A stretch of 64,000 bases of DNA from Eledone cirrhosa (lineage: Eukaryota), in the NCBI GenBank assembly GCA_964016885.1, contig OZ024754.1, positions 43,834,001 to 43,898,000 of the forward strand, read 5' to 3'. Below are positions 1 through 14,814 of the stretch, piece by piece. Position 1 is the stretch's first letter; the number at the start of each line of letters is the position of its first letter. Below the pieces are notes generated by a model. The model had not been told where the DNA came from. It made no database searches and saw only the letters and a list, made by a program, of their open reading frames with translations. The position numbers and the translations under genes are program-made.

Positions 1-265
1 TCAAGGTAAGCCTTCCCCCTCTCTCTCTCTATCTCTTTCTCTCTCTCTATCTATCTCAAGGTAAACCTTCCCTCTCTCTCTCTCTATCTATCTCAAGGTA
101 AACCTTCCCTCTCTCTATCTTTCTCTCAAGGTAAACCTTCCTTCCCCCTCTCTCTCTCTCTATCTATCTATCTCAAGGTAAGCCACCCTCTCTCTCTCTA
201 TCTATCTCAAGGTAAGCCACCCCCCCCTCTCTCTCTCTATCTATATATCTCAAAGTAAGCCACCC

Positions 266-312
<47 letters not shown>

Positions 313-333
313 CAAGGTAAGCCACCCTCTCTC

Positions 334-368
<35 letters not shown>

Positions 369-384
369 CAAGGTAAGCCACCCT

Positions 385-418
<34 letters not shown>

Positions 419-450
419 CTATCTGAAGGTAAGCCACCCTCTCTCTCTCT
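1..450. repeat. Compound array: TCAAGGTAAGCCACC plus (CT)n(CTAT)n, about 10 units
   Basis: Seen directly. Confidence 0.9.
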
Positions 451-1050
451 CCCCCTCTCCGTCTATAACAATAGCGTTTGTATCATTGTCGTTAAATAAG
501 TACCAGTAATACACTGAGATTATTCAATTAGACATGTTAAATGTAGACTTGTTATAACAAAAACAATTAAAAATCTGTCTAATGAAAAGAAATACGGGTG
601 AAGCGATGTGTGATGTGTGTGTAGATGTGTGAGTAGATGTGTGTGTAGATGTGTGTGTAGATGTGTGAGTAGATGTGTGTGTAGATGTGTGAGTATTTGT
701 GTGTGTAGATGTGTGAGTAGATGTGTGTGTAGATGTGTGTGTAGATGTGTGTGTAGATGTGTGAGTATTTGTGTGTGTAGATGTGTGTGTAGATGTGTGA
801 TTTGATGTATGTGTGTATGTAGATGTATGTATAGATGTGTGTGTGGATGTGTGATTTGATGTGTGTGTATGTAGATGTGTGTGTATGTAGATGTATGTAT
901 AGATGTTGTCATTGGCTGCTATTTCTAGGCTTAGCTGCTAGAAATAGCAGCCAATGACAACTTAAAGCCCAACTTAAAAGCAGAAAGAAAAAAAAAGTTC
1001 AAATTGGATCATTATAGCCTGAGAACTATTGAGTATATAAATCTATATTA

Positions 1051-1120
1051 GGCCAGTTGGTGTAATCAGCTAGCACACTTATAGCCAAAGTAATGTGGGT
1101 TCGAATCCCACGTATGCTGA
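1051..1120 (+). pseudogene. tRNA-like remnant (SINE head or tRNA pseudogene)
   Basis: TGGTGTAAT A box and GTGGGTTCGAATCCCAC T-arm. The anticodon arm and acceptor stem are not intact. Confidence 0.5.
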
Positions 1121-1213
1121 TGTCCATTTTTTTTACGTTCTGGTGGCTTTTATACCCCGATTGGTAGAGCGCCGGACACCACTGGAAGTGGTATCATATT
1201 TATGACACCTTTA

Positions 1214-1430
1214 GGGCGGTGGATTGGCAGTATCGGTAGAGCGTCAGACACCATGCTTTGCAGCATAGAGTTATGGCCATTTATGTTCTGAGTTCAGATC
1301 CCGCCGAGTTTAGCTTTCTTTGCCTTTCATCCTTACGAGGTCGGTAAAATAAAGTACCAGTAACGTACTGGGGTGGATTTATCGACTTTCCCCTTCAAAT
1401 TGCTGGCCTTGTTCCTATAGTAGAAACAAT
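1214..1430 (+). mobile_element. tRNA-derived SINE (copies at 15148-15330 -, 22447-22635 +, 25405-25575 -, 50596-50800 -, 57216-57403 -, 59365-59520 +, plus fragments)
   Basis: A-box-like TGGCAGTATCGG, B-box GAGTTCAAATCC, and central TTTGCCTTTCATCCTTACGGGGTCGATAAAATAAAGTACCAGT (resembles the Meta/MESC domain, from recall). Confidence 0.85.
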
Positions 1431-3621
1431 ACTTATGACACCTTTGGAAGTGATATCATAAAATATCCGACATTTCAAAACAACAACTCCTCAAACAACA
1501 ACAAAGCTATTTATTTCTCCAGTTAAATAGCTGATATAGTTGTGACCAGCCATTAGCTGTCTGTAGAAGAAAATGTTTAGTCAGTACTGAAAAAAGGAAG
1601 CTACTGTAAGTAACATGTCACTACAGGTAATAACAGACATTTAGCTACAGGTGTGTACTAATTGTTTAGCTATAGAGATGTACTAATTAGTATTGTTTAG
1701 ACTTTGATTAAAACACAATAACTAGTTTAACCGACAAAAGTGAGTCACGTGTAAAATATTGATTTCTAACGTAGCTACAAGGACAGGATGTTTAGGGGAA
1801 GGGCAAAGTTGATTTATTCAATCCCCAGTACTTTACTGGTACTTTATCTTATCGACGATGGAAGGATGAAAGGTAAACATGACCCGTGACGTTTGAACTT
1901 AGAATCTAAAGAACCAGAACAAATGCTACAATGGTATTTTATCTAACAAGTAACATTTAGCTGCTATTTCTAACATAACATGCAGCCATATTAAAACCCC
2001 GTTCCTTTTTTTTTTGTTTTAGCTGCTTTTTATTTAAAAAAGAAAACTGTTAAAAAAATGTCTAGCTACAGCCGTTTTATGTACCCGTCGCCTAATATTT
2101 CCACTAATCTGTGTATATTAAAGTCGGTCGGAGTCTTACGAAGTTATAATTATAAATAAAGGTGTCCTGAGCCAAAACACCGCCTGTTATTTGATAAAAG
2201 TTGTCGTACATTCTTCACCCATCAGATACCATCTAACTTCCCGGCATTCAATTTCATTTCCATTACTGGAGACTCCCGACATTCTTGGCCCCCCGGACCA
2301 CATCCCTACTCGCTGCTAGCGAAACAGAGGTAGGCTGTCCGCAGGTGCGAGCCCCCCGGACCGCATCCCTACTCACTGCTATCGAAGCAGAGGTAGGCTG
2401 TCCGCACAGAGGTGCGAGCCCCACAAGGCGGAATTAAGACCAAACACACAGGTAGATAGATAGATAGACAGGTATGTTAAGTCTAAACATACACAGATAG
2501 ATAGACAGGTATGTTAAGTCCACATAGATACACAGATAAATAGATAGATAGACAGGTGTGTTAACTCTACATAGATAGATAGACAGGTAAGTTAAGTCCA
2601 ATTAAAGGTAGTGGGTCGCAATATCTTTAGCAACATGTCAGCGAGATTAAAGGTATGATACAAGTGTAAGAGTTGGTTATCAGTGCAAAGATGAACAGGT
2701 AGGTGATACAGGTGTATCAGAATAAGACGGAGGAAGAGGAGACTTCAACATATAACTATAACAACACACAACTCATCGCTACTTATGTATATATCTACAT
2801 GTACACACATATCACTGCTTATGTATATATCTATATATACACACATATCACTGTTTGTGTGTATATCTATATATACACACATATCACTGCTTATGTATAT
2901 ATCTACATATACACATATCACTGCTTGTGTGTATATCTACATATACATATATCAGTGCTTATGTATATATCTACATATACACACATATAACTGCTTATGT
3001 GTATACACGTAAATGCTTGTATGGATACGTATATATATACACACATATATACATGTCTGTGTGTATATGTACATATACACACAGTGACCTATCTGTATGA
3101 ATATATACATATGCACACAGTGATCTGTATGAATATATACACACAACGATATATATTTGTGTGGATATGTATATATATACACACAAGGACGTATATTTGT
3201 GTGTATATATACATATACACACAAATATATACATATACACAGCGATATATATATGAAAAACTATGTATATATACACATACACAAACAATGACACATATGT
3301 GTGCATGTGTACATATACACAGCGACCTACATCTGCGTGGATATATACATATATACACAGCGACCTATATCTGTGTGTATATGCACATATACACAGATAT
3401 ATGAGTGTGTATATGTACATATACACACAACGACATATATGTAGACACACACAATAAGTTAGTCCTCTCCTGTATATTATTGTCCTCTCGGCTCTAATGG
3501 AGGTGTTTAAGACTGGTTGCCCATCGGAACAGCTATACAATAATTATTTAGCCCACGTAGACAAAACTAAGGCAGATTGTAGTTCTTCATAAAATAGATA
3601 TTTTATTCACAGTTGTATTAA

Positions 3622-3663
<42 letters not shown>

Positions 3664-3795
3664 ATTGTTTCTACTTTAGGCACAAGGCCAACAATGACCC
3701 AGTGCATTACTGGTACTTTTATTTTATCGACCCAGAACGAAAACACAAACATATATAATATATACAAAGGAGAGGGAAAAGAGGGGAACACATAA

Positions 3796-4653
3796 GTAGG
3801 TAATACACACATCAAGGACCATATACAACACACAAGCAGGTAATACACACATCAAGGACCATATACAACACACAAGCAGGTAATACACACATCAAGGACC
3901 ATATACAACACACAAGCAGGTAATACACACATCTAGGACCATATACAACACACATCTAGGACTACATACAACACATAAGCAGGTAATACACACATCTAGG
4001 ACCATATACAACACACAACCAGGTAATACACACATCTAGGACCATATACAACACACAAGCAGGTAATACACACATCTAGGACCATATACAACACATAAGC
4101 AGGTAATACACACATCTAGGACCATATACAACACACAACCAGGTAATACACACATCTAGGACCATATACAACATACAAGCAGGTAATACACACATCTAGG
4201 ACCATATACAACACATAAGCAGGTAATACACACATCTAGGACCATATACAACACACAACCAGGTAATACACACATCTAGGACCATATACAACACACAACC
4301 AGGTAATACACACATCTAGGACCACATACAACACACAAGCAGGTAATACATACATCTAGGACCATATACAACACACAACCAGGTAATACACACATCTAGG
4401 ACCATATACAACATACAAGCAGGTAATACACACATCTAGGACCATATACAACACATAAGCAGGTAATACACACATCTAGGACCATATACAACACACAAGC
4501 AGGTAATACACACATCTAGGACTACATACAACACACAAGCAGGTAATACACACATCTAGGATCATATACAACACATAAGCAGGTAATACACACATCTAGG
4601 ACCATATACAACACACAAGCAGGTAATACACACATCTAGGACCATATACAACA
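3796..4653. repeat. 40-bp minisatellite, about 21 copies
   Basis: Unit CAACACACAAGCAGGTAATACACACATCTAGGACCATATA. Confidence 0.95.
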
Positions 4654-4714
4654 AAAGGCAAGCGAAGGGGGTGGACAAACGAACCGCTACCAGAGTAAAA
4701 GCTAACAATATAGC

Positions 4715-4985
4715 GAGGAGCACTGGGAAACCTCTCTAGAGAAGAAATTCCTGAACTGGAAACATGGTTTGGAATCAAACGGTCTTAAAGTAAACTTGGC
4801 AAAGACTAAAGTCCTAGTAAGTAGAAAGGAAAACAGGACCCTGGTCCCTTGAAGGAAAAGCCTTGCTCAGTGTGCAGGAAAAGAATGGGTAGAAATTCCA
4901 TCCTATGTCCCAAATGCAAGCTATGTGTACACAAACGGTGTAACGGGATCTCAGGGGTGGCTAGCAAAGAAGTAAATTACATATA
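4715..4985 (+). mobile_element. Old RTE LINE fragment (post-RT Cys-rich region)
   Basis: GLKVNLAKTKVL...PCSVCRK...CPKCKLCVHKRC, similar to 19400-19680. Confidence 0.7.
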
Positions 4986-5365
4986 AATGAAGACGGGTAG
5001 TGAAGTAGATATGCCGAACTTTAAGCACGATGTTTCATCTATGATACATTAAAAAATATCAACAAAGGAGTTTCTACATGGACATAGTTGAACCTGTACT
5101 AAATAACATAAAATCATGAGTCAACGAGAGAGACTACCTTGTTACTTAGCCTGCTAGAAATAACAGCCAAATTTCCCTCAAACCATGAGTCAACAAGTGA
5201 ATTCCCACATAGTCGTTTGACCTGCTAGAAATAATAGCCAAATTTCTTTCAATTATCCTTCTCTGTCATTATAAAAGAACGAGAAAGACACGGTAGTTTC
5301 TCTCTCTGTCTATCTATCTATATATATATATATAGATAGACAGAGAGAGAAACTACCGTGTCTTT

Positions 5366-5410
<45 letters not shown>

Positions 5411-6199
5411 ATAATAATAAATTTGAAGACTAAAATCCAAAGACGGCTCGATAAGGATAAATATATATCAAATATATAAGAACCGTAGAGCAAATATTTA
5501 TTAAAATAACAGATTAAAGTTTAAGCAAAGAATCGCTGCTTTCACCCTTAACGGGATCTTCTGAATATATATATACATTTTAGTACAGCATTGACGAAGC
5601 TTTAGAATACGGCCAAGCTAACGTATATGAATAATCGGTCTGTAGCTTGAGCACTCAGATGAGGAAAGACCCCAGAGTAATAACATTACGTTCAGACAGC
5701 TTAGCAAATCAGATATAGCGGTCGGCAGTCCAGCCGCATCACTAGAGCAACGAAAATACAGGACCCAGGAAAAGATTTTATATATATATGGATATGTCAA
5801 TATATATATATATATATATATATCGCAGTTGTGTTTTGAGGGCAGTTTTCTTTTTTATTAAACCCACTTTTCTCCAAATATCTGTCTGTACGTGTGCCAA
5901 TCTTCTTATTAGACCTTGGTTCCCCACGTCCAGACAAGGACAGACAGATATTTGGAGAAAAGTGGGTTTAATAAAAAAAAAAAAAAACTGCCCTCAAGAC
6001 ACAACTGCGATATATTTTATCAAGCACATAAGGGATCCCCACCACATAAGGGATCCCCACCTCTCCAACAACAACGATGATTACGATAATGAGCAGTTTT
6101 TATTGACAAATGACTGTTCCGCTAATAGCAGCTGTTACAAGAGAGAGGAAATATTGTGATTGATCGTCATCGTTTAGAATAGTCTAGAAATAGACTAGA

Positions 6200-6843
6200 A
6201 GGTGGGTGGATATAGTAAGACTATAAGGTGTGGAGATATACTAAGACTATAAGGTGGGGAGATATAGTAAGACTATAAGGTGGGGAGATATAGTAAGACT
6301 ATAAGGTGTGGAGATACAGTAAGACTATAAGGTGGGGAGATATAGTAAGACTATAAGGTGTGGAGATATACTAAGACTATAAGGTGTGTAGAAATAGTAA
6401 GACTATAAGGTGTGTAGAAATAGTAAGACTATAAGGTGGGGAGATATAGTAAGACTATAAGGTGTGCAGATATAGTAAGACTATAAGGTGAGTAGATATA
6501 GTAAGACTATAAGGTGTGGGGATATAGTAAGACTATAAGGTGGGGAGATATAGTAAGACTATAAGGTGTGGGGATATACTAAGACTATAAGGTGTGGAGA
6601 TATAGTAAGACTATAAGGTGGGGAGATATAGTAAGACTATAAGGTGTGGAGATATACTAAGACTATAAGGTGTGTAGAAATAGTAAGACTATAAGGTGGG
6701 GAGATATAGTAAGACTATAAGGTATGGAGATATAATAAGACTATAAGGTGTGGAGATATAGTAAGACTATAAGGTGGGTAGATATAGTAAGACTATAAGG
6801 TGTGGAGATATAGTAAGACTATAAGGTGTGTAGAAATAGTAAG
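6200..6843. repeat. 26-bp minisatellite
   Basis: Unit GATATAGTAAGACTATAAGGTGTGGA. Confidence 0.95.
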
Positions 6844-7035
6844 TGGAAATAAAAAAGAGAAATAGTACATAGTACAGATGGTGAGAGGAATAGTAGAGAA
6901 GGTGAGAGAAAAAAGAGAGGGTGATAAATTAGGGGAAGAAAATGGTCGTAATAGATAGAATAAAAGATAGGAGGGAGAAAAAAGAACAAAACAAGAAACA
7001 AGGTAAACTGGAAGGAATTCGGAACAACGTCGTTA

Positions 7036-7325
7036 CACATCTGTTTCTGTCAACACTGTGTGTGTATATATATATATACACATCTGTTTCTGTCAACACT
7101 ATGTGTGTGTATATATACACACACACATCTGTTTCTGTCAACACTGTGTGTGTATATATATATACACACATCTGTTTCTGTCAACACTGTGTGTGTGTAT
7201 ATATATATATACACACACACATCTGTTTCTGTCAACACTGTGTGTATATATATATATATATATACACACACATCTGTTTCTGTCAACACTGTGTGTGTGT
7301 ATATATATATATATACACACACACA
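7036..7325. repeat. Compound repeat ACACATCTGTTTCTGTCAACACT(GT)n(AT)n
   Basis: About 6 units. Confidence 0.9.
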
Positions 7326-7407
7326 CAATCTATCGTTACCATCAACAGTATTTCACTCAACACATACATATAAACATGCATATATATATGCATGTTTATA
7401 TGTATGC

Positions 7408-7450
<43 letters not shown>

Positions 7451-7480
7451 CATCAAGTGTTTTGTTCTATACATACATAC

Positions 7481-7530
<50 letters not shown>

Positions 7531-7852
7531 CTGTCATCACCATCTCCAGTATAATTTAGTTTGTGACCATAAAACTTTAACTACTGGCCTTCATAAGCTT
7601 TCAAACTTCTTTACTGCCACCACTACTACTATCACCATCATCAGCTCAAAGCAGTTTATTGTGACACCAGCACTACCATTTACAGAGTGGACTGGGTGTA
7701 TTTTATTGTGACACCAACACTACCACTTTACTGAGTGGACTGGGTGTATTTTATTGTGACACCAGCACTACCACTTTACAGAGTGGACTGGGTGTATTTT
7801 ATTGACAACCAGGTTGCGTTGAACCAGCTTTAACTAGTGCAGCCACAGCATC

Positions 7853-8148
7853 TGACACAGAGGTCAACTGTACACAGTGACCAGAGGTCAACTGTACACA
7901 GTGACCAGAGGTTAACTGTACACAGTGACCAGAGGTCAACTGTACAGTGACCATAGGTCAACTGTACACAGTGACCAGAGGTCAACTGTACACAGTGACC
8001 AGAGGTTAACTGTACAGTGACCAGAGGTCAACTGTACACAGTGACCAGAGGTCAACTGTACACAGTGACCATAGGTCAACTGTACACAGTGACCATAGGT
8101 CAACTGTACACAGTGACCATAGGTCAACTGTACACAGTGACCAGAGGT
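7853..8148. repeat. 24-bp minisatellite
   Basis: Unit CAGTGACCAGAGGTCAACTGTACA. Confidence 0.95.
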
Positions 8149-9874
8149 TACAGCCGGTTTGAACAGAAAGAGGTGAGAGAAGTCTGGCCGGATATGGCCG
8201 GTTTAAATGCTAAAGAGTTAATGAAATAATAATTAAAGTTAATCCCACCACCACCAAATTCTTCAACAACCAAATACAGTATATATCATTAGAATCTGCT
8301 GTACTCAGCCCTGGGAGGGATGGGCTCTGCCAGGTTTAAAATGCCCAAGAAATGCCATATGTCACTATGGCACCCCTACGATTCCATCAGGAGTTACGGG
8401 ACCCTATATACAATACATCATTAGAAATACGGTAATGAAAGGGTTAAATATTGCAAGCATCAAGACCTGAGGGGTTTGTTTGTTTTTGCTGTTTAGTGGA
8501 ATGATTGCAGTAAGGTCCAGAAAGTCTCAAAGATAGCCACAGACTGACGCTATGTGTAGGTTTATTCTTTTAGTCTCTTATTAGTTTCAATCATTAGACT
8601 GTGGCCATTCTGGGGCCAACTCTGGATTCCCCATTTAGCAAAACAAACATGTTTAGGGTCTCAAGTAAAGAGGAGCTCCATATAGTTTTTATCCAGTACA
8701 AAAGTGGGAGTTTTGTTCAATATACAGTACATAGGGGTATCATAATCTCTTCAGACATTAGGGACTTTAAAGGTCTTAATACACAACTCTTGCTGGGACA
8801 ATACCTTAAAGGGATTTAGTCAAACATATCAACCCCAGTAACAATACATTCAAGTCTGGTACATATTTAAAGGGTTTAGTTAAATATATCACCCCCTAAT
8901 AATACATTCAAGCCTGGTACGTATTTAGGGGTTTAGTCAAACATATCAACCCCAGTACTAATTCTTTCAAGCCCAGTACTTATTTAATTGATTCTCTTTT
9001 TGTCAAATACACTCACAGTTATATATATATACATACACATGTATATATATCTATATATTATTCCTCAATTATCTTTCCTTTAATTAACTAATTAATTACT
9101 ATTATTCATCATTAGATTATTATTCTTTAGATCTTTTCTAAAACTATGTGCTCTTTTGTTGCATATATACATACATATATGTACATATGTATATATATGT
9201 GTGTGTACACATGTATGCATACATATATATATATATATGTGTATGTGTGTATATATATATATGTGTGTGTGTGTATACATATATATATATATATGTGTGT
9301 GTGTGTATATAGATATATATATAAAGTGGTTGGTGATAGGAAGGGCATCCAGCTGTAGAAAGCTTGCCAAACAAAGGGTTGAGAGGACTCTTAGTTGTGT
9401 CAAAGAAATGACAACCTCCCTCCCCTGTGCACTCAGTAGAATGTGAGACCATACATAAACGAAACTACAGATCCCGAGCTTGTCTGGGAGATCAGTAGCC
9501 ACTGCTTCTATACTGTAGACCCATCCAACCCTCGCTAGCAGGGAGAGCTGACGTTAAAACGATGATGATGATGATGATGATGATGATGATATATGTGTGT
9601 GTGTGTGTGTGTACATAATATAATGGCTGCATCTCAGTTTCAGGAATTGCCACCCCTTCACCTTTTTATCATACATGGGTGACACTAACATAACTTCCTA
9701 AACCTTCGAAGGACTTAGATTCTTTTCTGCATATGATGTAGCAAAAAAATAAATAAATAAAAAGCCCTGCTTTCACAACACGTGTGTGATAATTGCTTAA
9801 ATCAAGCTATGTATGTGCTTGAAGCTTTTTAAGTGAAGAAAGGCCTTGCACTGGACCAATCCCTCTCTGTAAAC

Positions 9875-10227
9875 CAGGCATATCAAACATGTGGCCTGCG
9901 GGCCGCATGGAACCCTTTATAAGCACACCTGCGACCCGCACAAAGGTTTTTACAGCACAAGTAAAATATGAAATTAAAAAAATTAGTTGTAATGTGTGCA
10001 ATTAGTTGTCATGTGGGCCCTCAGACAACACATATGTGACCCATGTGGGCCCTCAGATAACACATATGTGGCCCTTGTGGCCCTCAGACAACACATGTGA
10101 ACCATGTGGCCCTCGGAAGACCCTCAAAATAAAAAAATATTAGTTGTAATGTGTGCAATTAGTTGTCATGCGGGCCCTCAGACAACACATATGTGACCCT
10201 CGGGAGACCCTTAGTTTGATATGCCTG
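9875..10227. mobile_element. hAT (Charlie-like) MITE
   Basis: TIR CAGGCATATCAAAC, 8-bp TSD CTGTAAAC/CTCTAAAC, and subterminal GGCCC repeats. Confidence 0.8.
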
Positions 10228-10545
10228 CTCTAAACAATGGTGATAGTTATTCAAGAAGAACAAGACAACATCTTTGGCTGGCATCAACTCACAGATTTTA
10301 CATGAGTTTTCTTTCACTTAGAATGATGTCCTAACAAGAACTAGAGGTCTCCTATTCCTGGTGAGCTAACTGCATACTCAGGCACTGAACCGAGTATTAC
10401 CATGTCCCTCTCTCACTCCTGGTGAGCTAACTGCACACTCAGGCACCGAACCGAGTATTTCCTTGTCCCTCTCTCACTCCTGGTGAGCTAACTGCACACT
10501 CAGTCACCAAACCGAGTATTACCAAGACCCTGTGCATAATATATA

Positions 10546-10873
10546 CAGTGTAGTCCCGACATTCACGGTCCTGGTTATTCACGGAATTTTCTTTAGAACC
10601 CAACCAATAACTGTTCGTGGAAACCACTGCATATTCGCGAAATCATAAATATCTCCCATGAATTTTTTATGGCTATTTTCGAGCCAATATATTTTTTTTT
10701 CATGCTTTTTAATGCTAAATTATTAACAACAATATACTGTATTTGCCAGCCTATATATTACGTTATGTTTTGACGTTTGTAGGCATTTTCATGGACCATG
10801 TCCAATATTTGCGGTTTTTCACTCTTCACAGGTACTCTAGGAATGTAACCCCCCACAAATAAAGGAACAACTG
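10546..10873. mobile_element. pogo/Tigger-like MITE (relatives at 42218-42556 and 54857-54985)
   Basis: TA-CAGT...CTG-TA ends, and shared internal sequence GACGTTTRTAGGCATTTTYATGGACCAYGTC. Confidence 0.7.
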
Positions 10874-11132
10874 TATATCTATATTATTCCTGAGAGGGTC
10901 ATGGGGGCAGAGTTCTCAAGAACCCCTTCCAGCAGGTCCTGTCAGAAGCAACCATCCCCAATTGTTCCAGCTGGATCCCCAAACGAGACCAGCTGAGCTG
11001 AGTGTCTATATTTGTCTTATTATTACAACTATTATTCATCAATTAATTACCCTTTTATTTAACTAATTAATTATTTTTAACGCACTGTACAACATTAGAA
11101 TATTATCCTCCAGCCATTTCTAAAACCAACAA

Positions 11133-12830
11133 CATCATCATTGTTACGTCTGTTTTTCTATGCTAGCATGGGTTGAACGGGTCCTTTTCAGCACAGCATC
11201 TCTCCGCTCATTGCGATCCTTTGTCATCTCCTCTGTGGGTCTTAGTGATTTGAGATCAGCCCTCACCACCTCTGCCCGGGTCTTTCTTGGTCTACTTCTA
11301 CTGCGACATCCTTCCGCTGGCATTTTCTGGCACTTCTTCACCCAATGATCATCATCCATGTGCATGACATGCCCATACCAACACAGTCTTCTATCCTGCA
11401 CACCACTTTAGATTCCTCTTAAACCCAGCTTCTCCTGCAGCTTATACAAGCTCTGCCTTTCTCTCACACTTATATTGCAGATCCAATGGAGAAAAGTTGC
11501 TTCATTTCTCTCCAGTCTCCACATGTCCTCTGCAGTCACAGCCCATGTTTCACAACCATGCAGTATCACACTTCACACACAGGCATCCTACAATCATCCT
11601 TTTATACTTTATTCATCCACACACATACAAGCCAGATTGATTTCATTCTCACAAGGATACAAGATAGACAGATGACTGTTATTGTAAAGTCTGTCCTTGA
11701 TGAAGAATGTACTACCCAACATAAGCTCGTCATTAGTGACTTTAGAGTAAGTGCTTTATGTACATGAACACACAAAACAATATGGAAAAAGTTTTAGTGA
11801 GTATGAAAGCAGTCAGGACTCTGATACCAATGGGGAAGTGACCTTGTTCAATATAGAGAAAAGTAATAGGTATAAATTCTATACAAAGTGCACAATGTAA
11901 ATCTGGGGTACTCAAAGTGTAGTGGGATTGTAGGTAGACTCACAGAAAAAGTAGGCTTTGAATGTAACAAATGCACAAAGATAGTTAGTTGTAGGAACAT
12001 CAGTAAAATATTCATTTTCCAATCCCAGGAAGGATCTATAGAAGTGGTTGATAGCTTCTGCTACCTAGGTGACCTAATTAGCAGTGGAGGAAGTTGCTCT
12101 GAGATCATAGTAGCTAGAATAAGAACATAATGGAAAAAGTTCAGGGAGCTATCTCTCTTCACAACAAAAGGCTTCTCTCTATGAATGAAGGACTAGCTGT
12201 AGGATGCCTGTGTGTGATGTGTGGTGTTGTGTGGCTGGAAGAAATGAAGCAAGTATGCTCCAATGGATGCAAAATTCTAATGTGTGTGAACGACAAAGTA
12301 TGGATGAGCTGGGAGAAAAGTTGGGTATAAAAGGAATCAGAAGATGTGTTCAGGAGAAGACTGTGCTGGTATGGACATGTGATGTGTATGAATGATGACC
12401 ATCGGGTGAAGAAGTGCCAAGAAATCCGAAAGGAAGGAAGCTGCAGCAGAGCGAGACCAAGGAAGACCTGGACAAATGTTGTGAGAACTGATTACATGTT
12501 CCAGAAGCTCACAGAAAAGATAAAGGACCTCAACAAGTGGAGGGATGCTGTACTGGAAAAGACACAGCTAACCCTTACAATCGTGGAAAAGCAGACAAAT
12601 GAAATGGCCCTGCTCAGTATGCAGGAAAGGAGTAAGGTAGGTGACAGCTTTTGTTACCTGGGTGCCCAAATTAACATTGGAGGTGGGTGTTCTGAAAGTC
12701 GAGTAACCAGAGTGAGAACAGGGTGGATGAAGTTCAGGAAGCCACAGCTAGCTACTAAAAGTGTTTCCCTCAAAATGAAAGCCAGATTGTATGATGCTTG
12801 TGTACAAACAACAATGCTGTCACTTGGGTA
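11133..12830. mobile_element. Degenerate RTE LINE fragments (- strand 11133-11606; + strand about 11610-12830)
   Basis: RLCWYGHVM, DSFCYLGD and RPRKTW motifs, with stops and frameshifts. Confidence 0.85.
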
Positions 12831-13665
12831 GAGGACCTACAAAAATAGAAATAACAACCTTACTCAGTGTTTTTGTTGTGACATCAGCACTATCACCGTA
12901 CAGAGTGGGCTGAGTGTTTTTGTGATTGTGGCACCAACACTATCACCATTACAGAATACACTGAGTACTTTTTCATTGTGGACTGGAAGGTTTTTCAAGG
13001 TGGACTGGAAGGTTTTTCAGGGTGGACTGGAAGGTTTTTCATTGTGGCACCACAACTGTGGGAAAGAGGGTGTGGAGCTTGCTTGGTTTTCCATGTATGT
13101 ATGCATGGGTTGGACAAGAGAGGTATAGAAGGTATAAGTGGGGTGGGAATACATCCTCACTATTGTTAAACATCTATTTCCCACACACCCCTGGGCCAGA
13201 TGGGTTGTCAAGTTCTGTGAATAGGCTGGGAAGGGACCACATCAGGTTCATAAATTCTGTTTTTGTTTTTCCGTGCTGGCATAGGTTGAGCGAGGTGAGC
13301 TTTTGCTGCATCATACCAAGCTTTTCTACACATATCATCATCATCATTTGATGCCCATTTTCCATGCTAATTTAGGTTAGATGGGTCGTCCCATTTGAGG
13401 TAAGTTGGGTCAGGTGACCGTGTTTTACTCATGTTTCTGGCTAGGTTTCTACGGCTAGATGCCCTTGCTAACGCCAGCCATTTACAGTGTGGACTGGGTG
13501 CTTTTTGTTGTGACATCTACACGACCACTTTATAGTGGTAATTTATAAAACAGTGGTTATTTATATATTCTAATACATAATGGAAAATATGTGCCTTTAC
13601 TAATAATGTCTATGAAACTGGCAGTTTTTTTATAGATACATACATATATATATATATAAATATAT

Positions 13666-13700
<35 letters not shown>

Positions 13701-14040
13701 CCATACATATATATTTACCATATATATATATATATATATATATATACCATACATATATATATATATAGAGAGAGAGAGAGGGGAGAAGTTATAGATAGAC
13801 AGGGAGAGATAGATATATTACAGAGAAACAGATAGATAACGAGATTATTGATATATAGATAGATAAATAGATTATGAATATAAGTTGATACGATATACGA
13901 TATAGACAGATAGATAACAGATAGATAGATAACGATAGATCGAAGATATATATATAGAGAGGGGGGGGGGATAGACAGATTGTATGTGTGTGTATATATA
14001 TATAATAAATACATAGTCGATGGCTATATAACAGACAGAT

Positions 14041-14081
<41 letters not shown>

Positions 14082-14462
14082 CAGACACATTATATATATA
14101 TATATATATATAACAGACAGATTATATATATATATATATATATAACAGACATATTATATATATATATATATAACAGACAGATTATATGTGTATATATAAC
14201 AGACAGATTATATGTGTATATATATATATATATAACAGACAGATTATATGTATATATATATATAACAGACAGATTATATATATATATAACAGACATATTG
14301 AGATATACTCTAGAGGGTAAGATCTAAGATAATCCGAGGAACCCACTAGTGACCTGCGTCGGCAAAATTGTAACGTGAATGAAATGTTTACATATATGAT
14401 ATATAAAGATATTAATATATGTATATGTGAGATAGCATAATGAAACATCGTATATATATATT

Positions 14463-14504
<42 letters not shown>

Positions 14505-14668
14505 GGTCTATAACGATGTGTGTATTGATATGCATGGATATATGATATGATAATGTCATAATTTGCTAAATATTCGCGGTGTATGTTAAATATTTGGGTA
14601 CTCTCTCTCTGTATATATATATATATATATATATATACAGAGAGAGAGTACCCAAATATTTAACATAC

Positions 14669-14700
<32 letters not shown>

Positions 14701-14766
14701 ATGCATGTATCATCATCATCATCATCATCATTTTACGTCCGCATATATATATAAACAAACGCAGGA

Positions 14767-14814
<48 letters not shown>

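Noticed and set aside
1051-1120. Functional tRNA gene
   Set aside because: Only the A box and T-arm are recognisable, and no complete cloverleaf forms.
2058-2450. Possible coding exon in unique sequence
   Set aside because: The frames tried hit stops early and showed no recognisable protein similarity.
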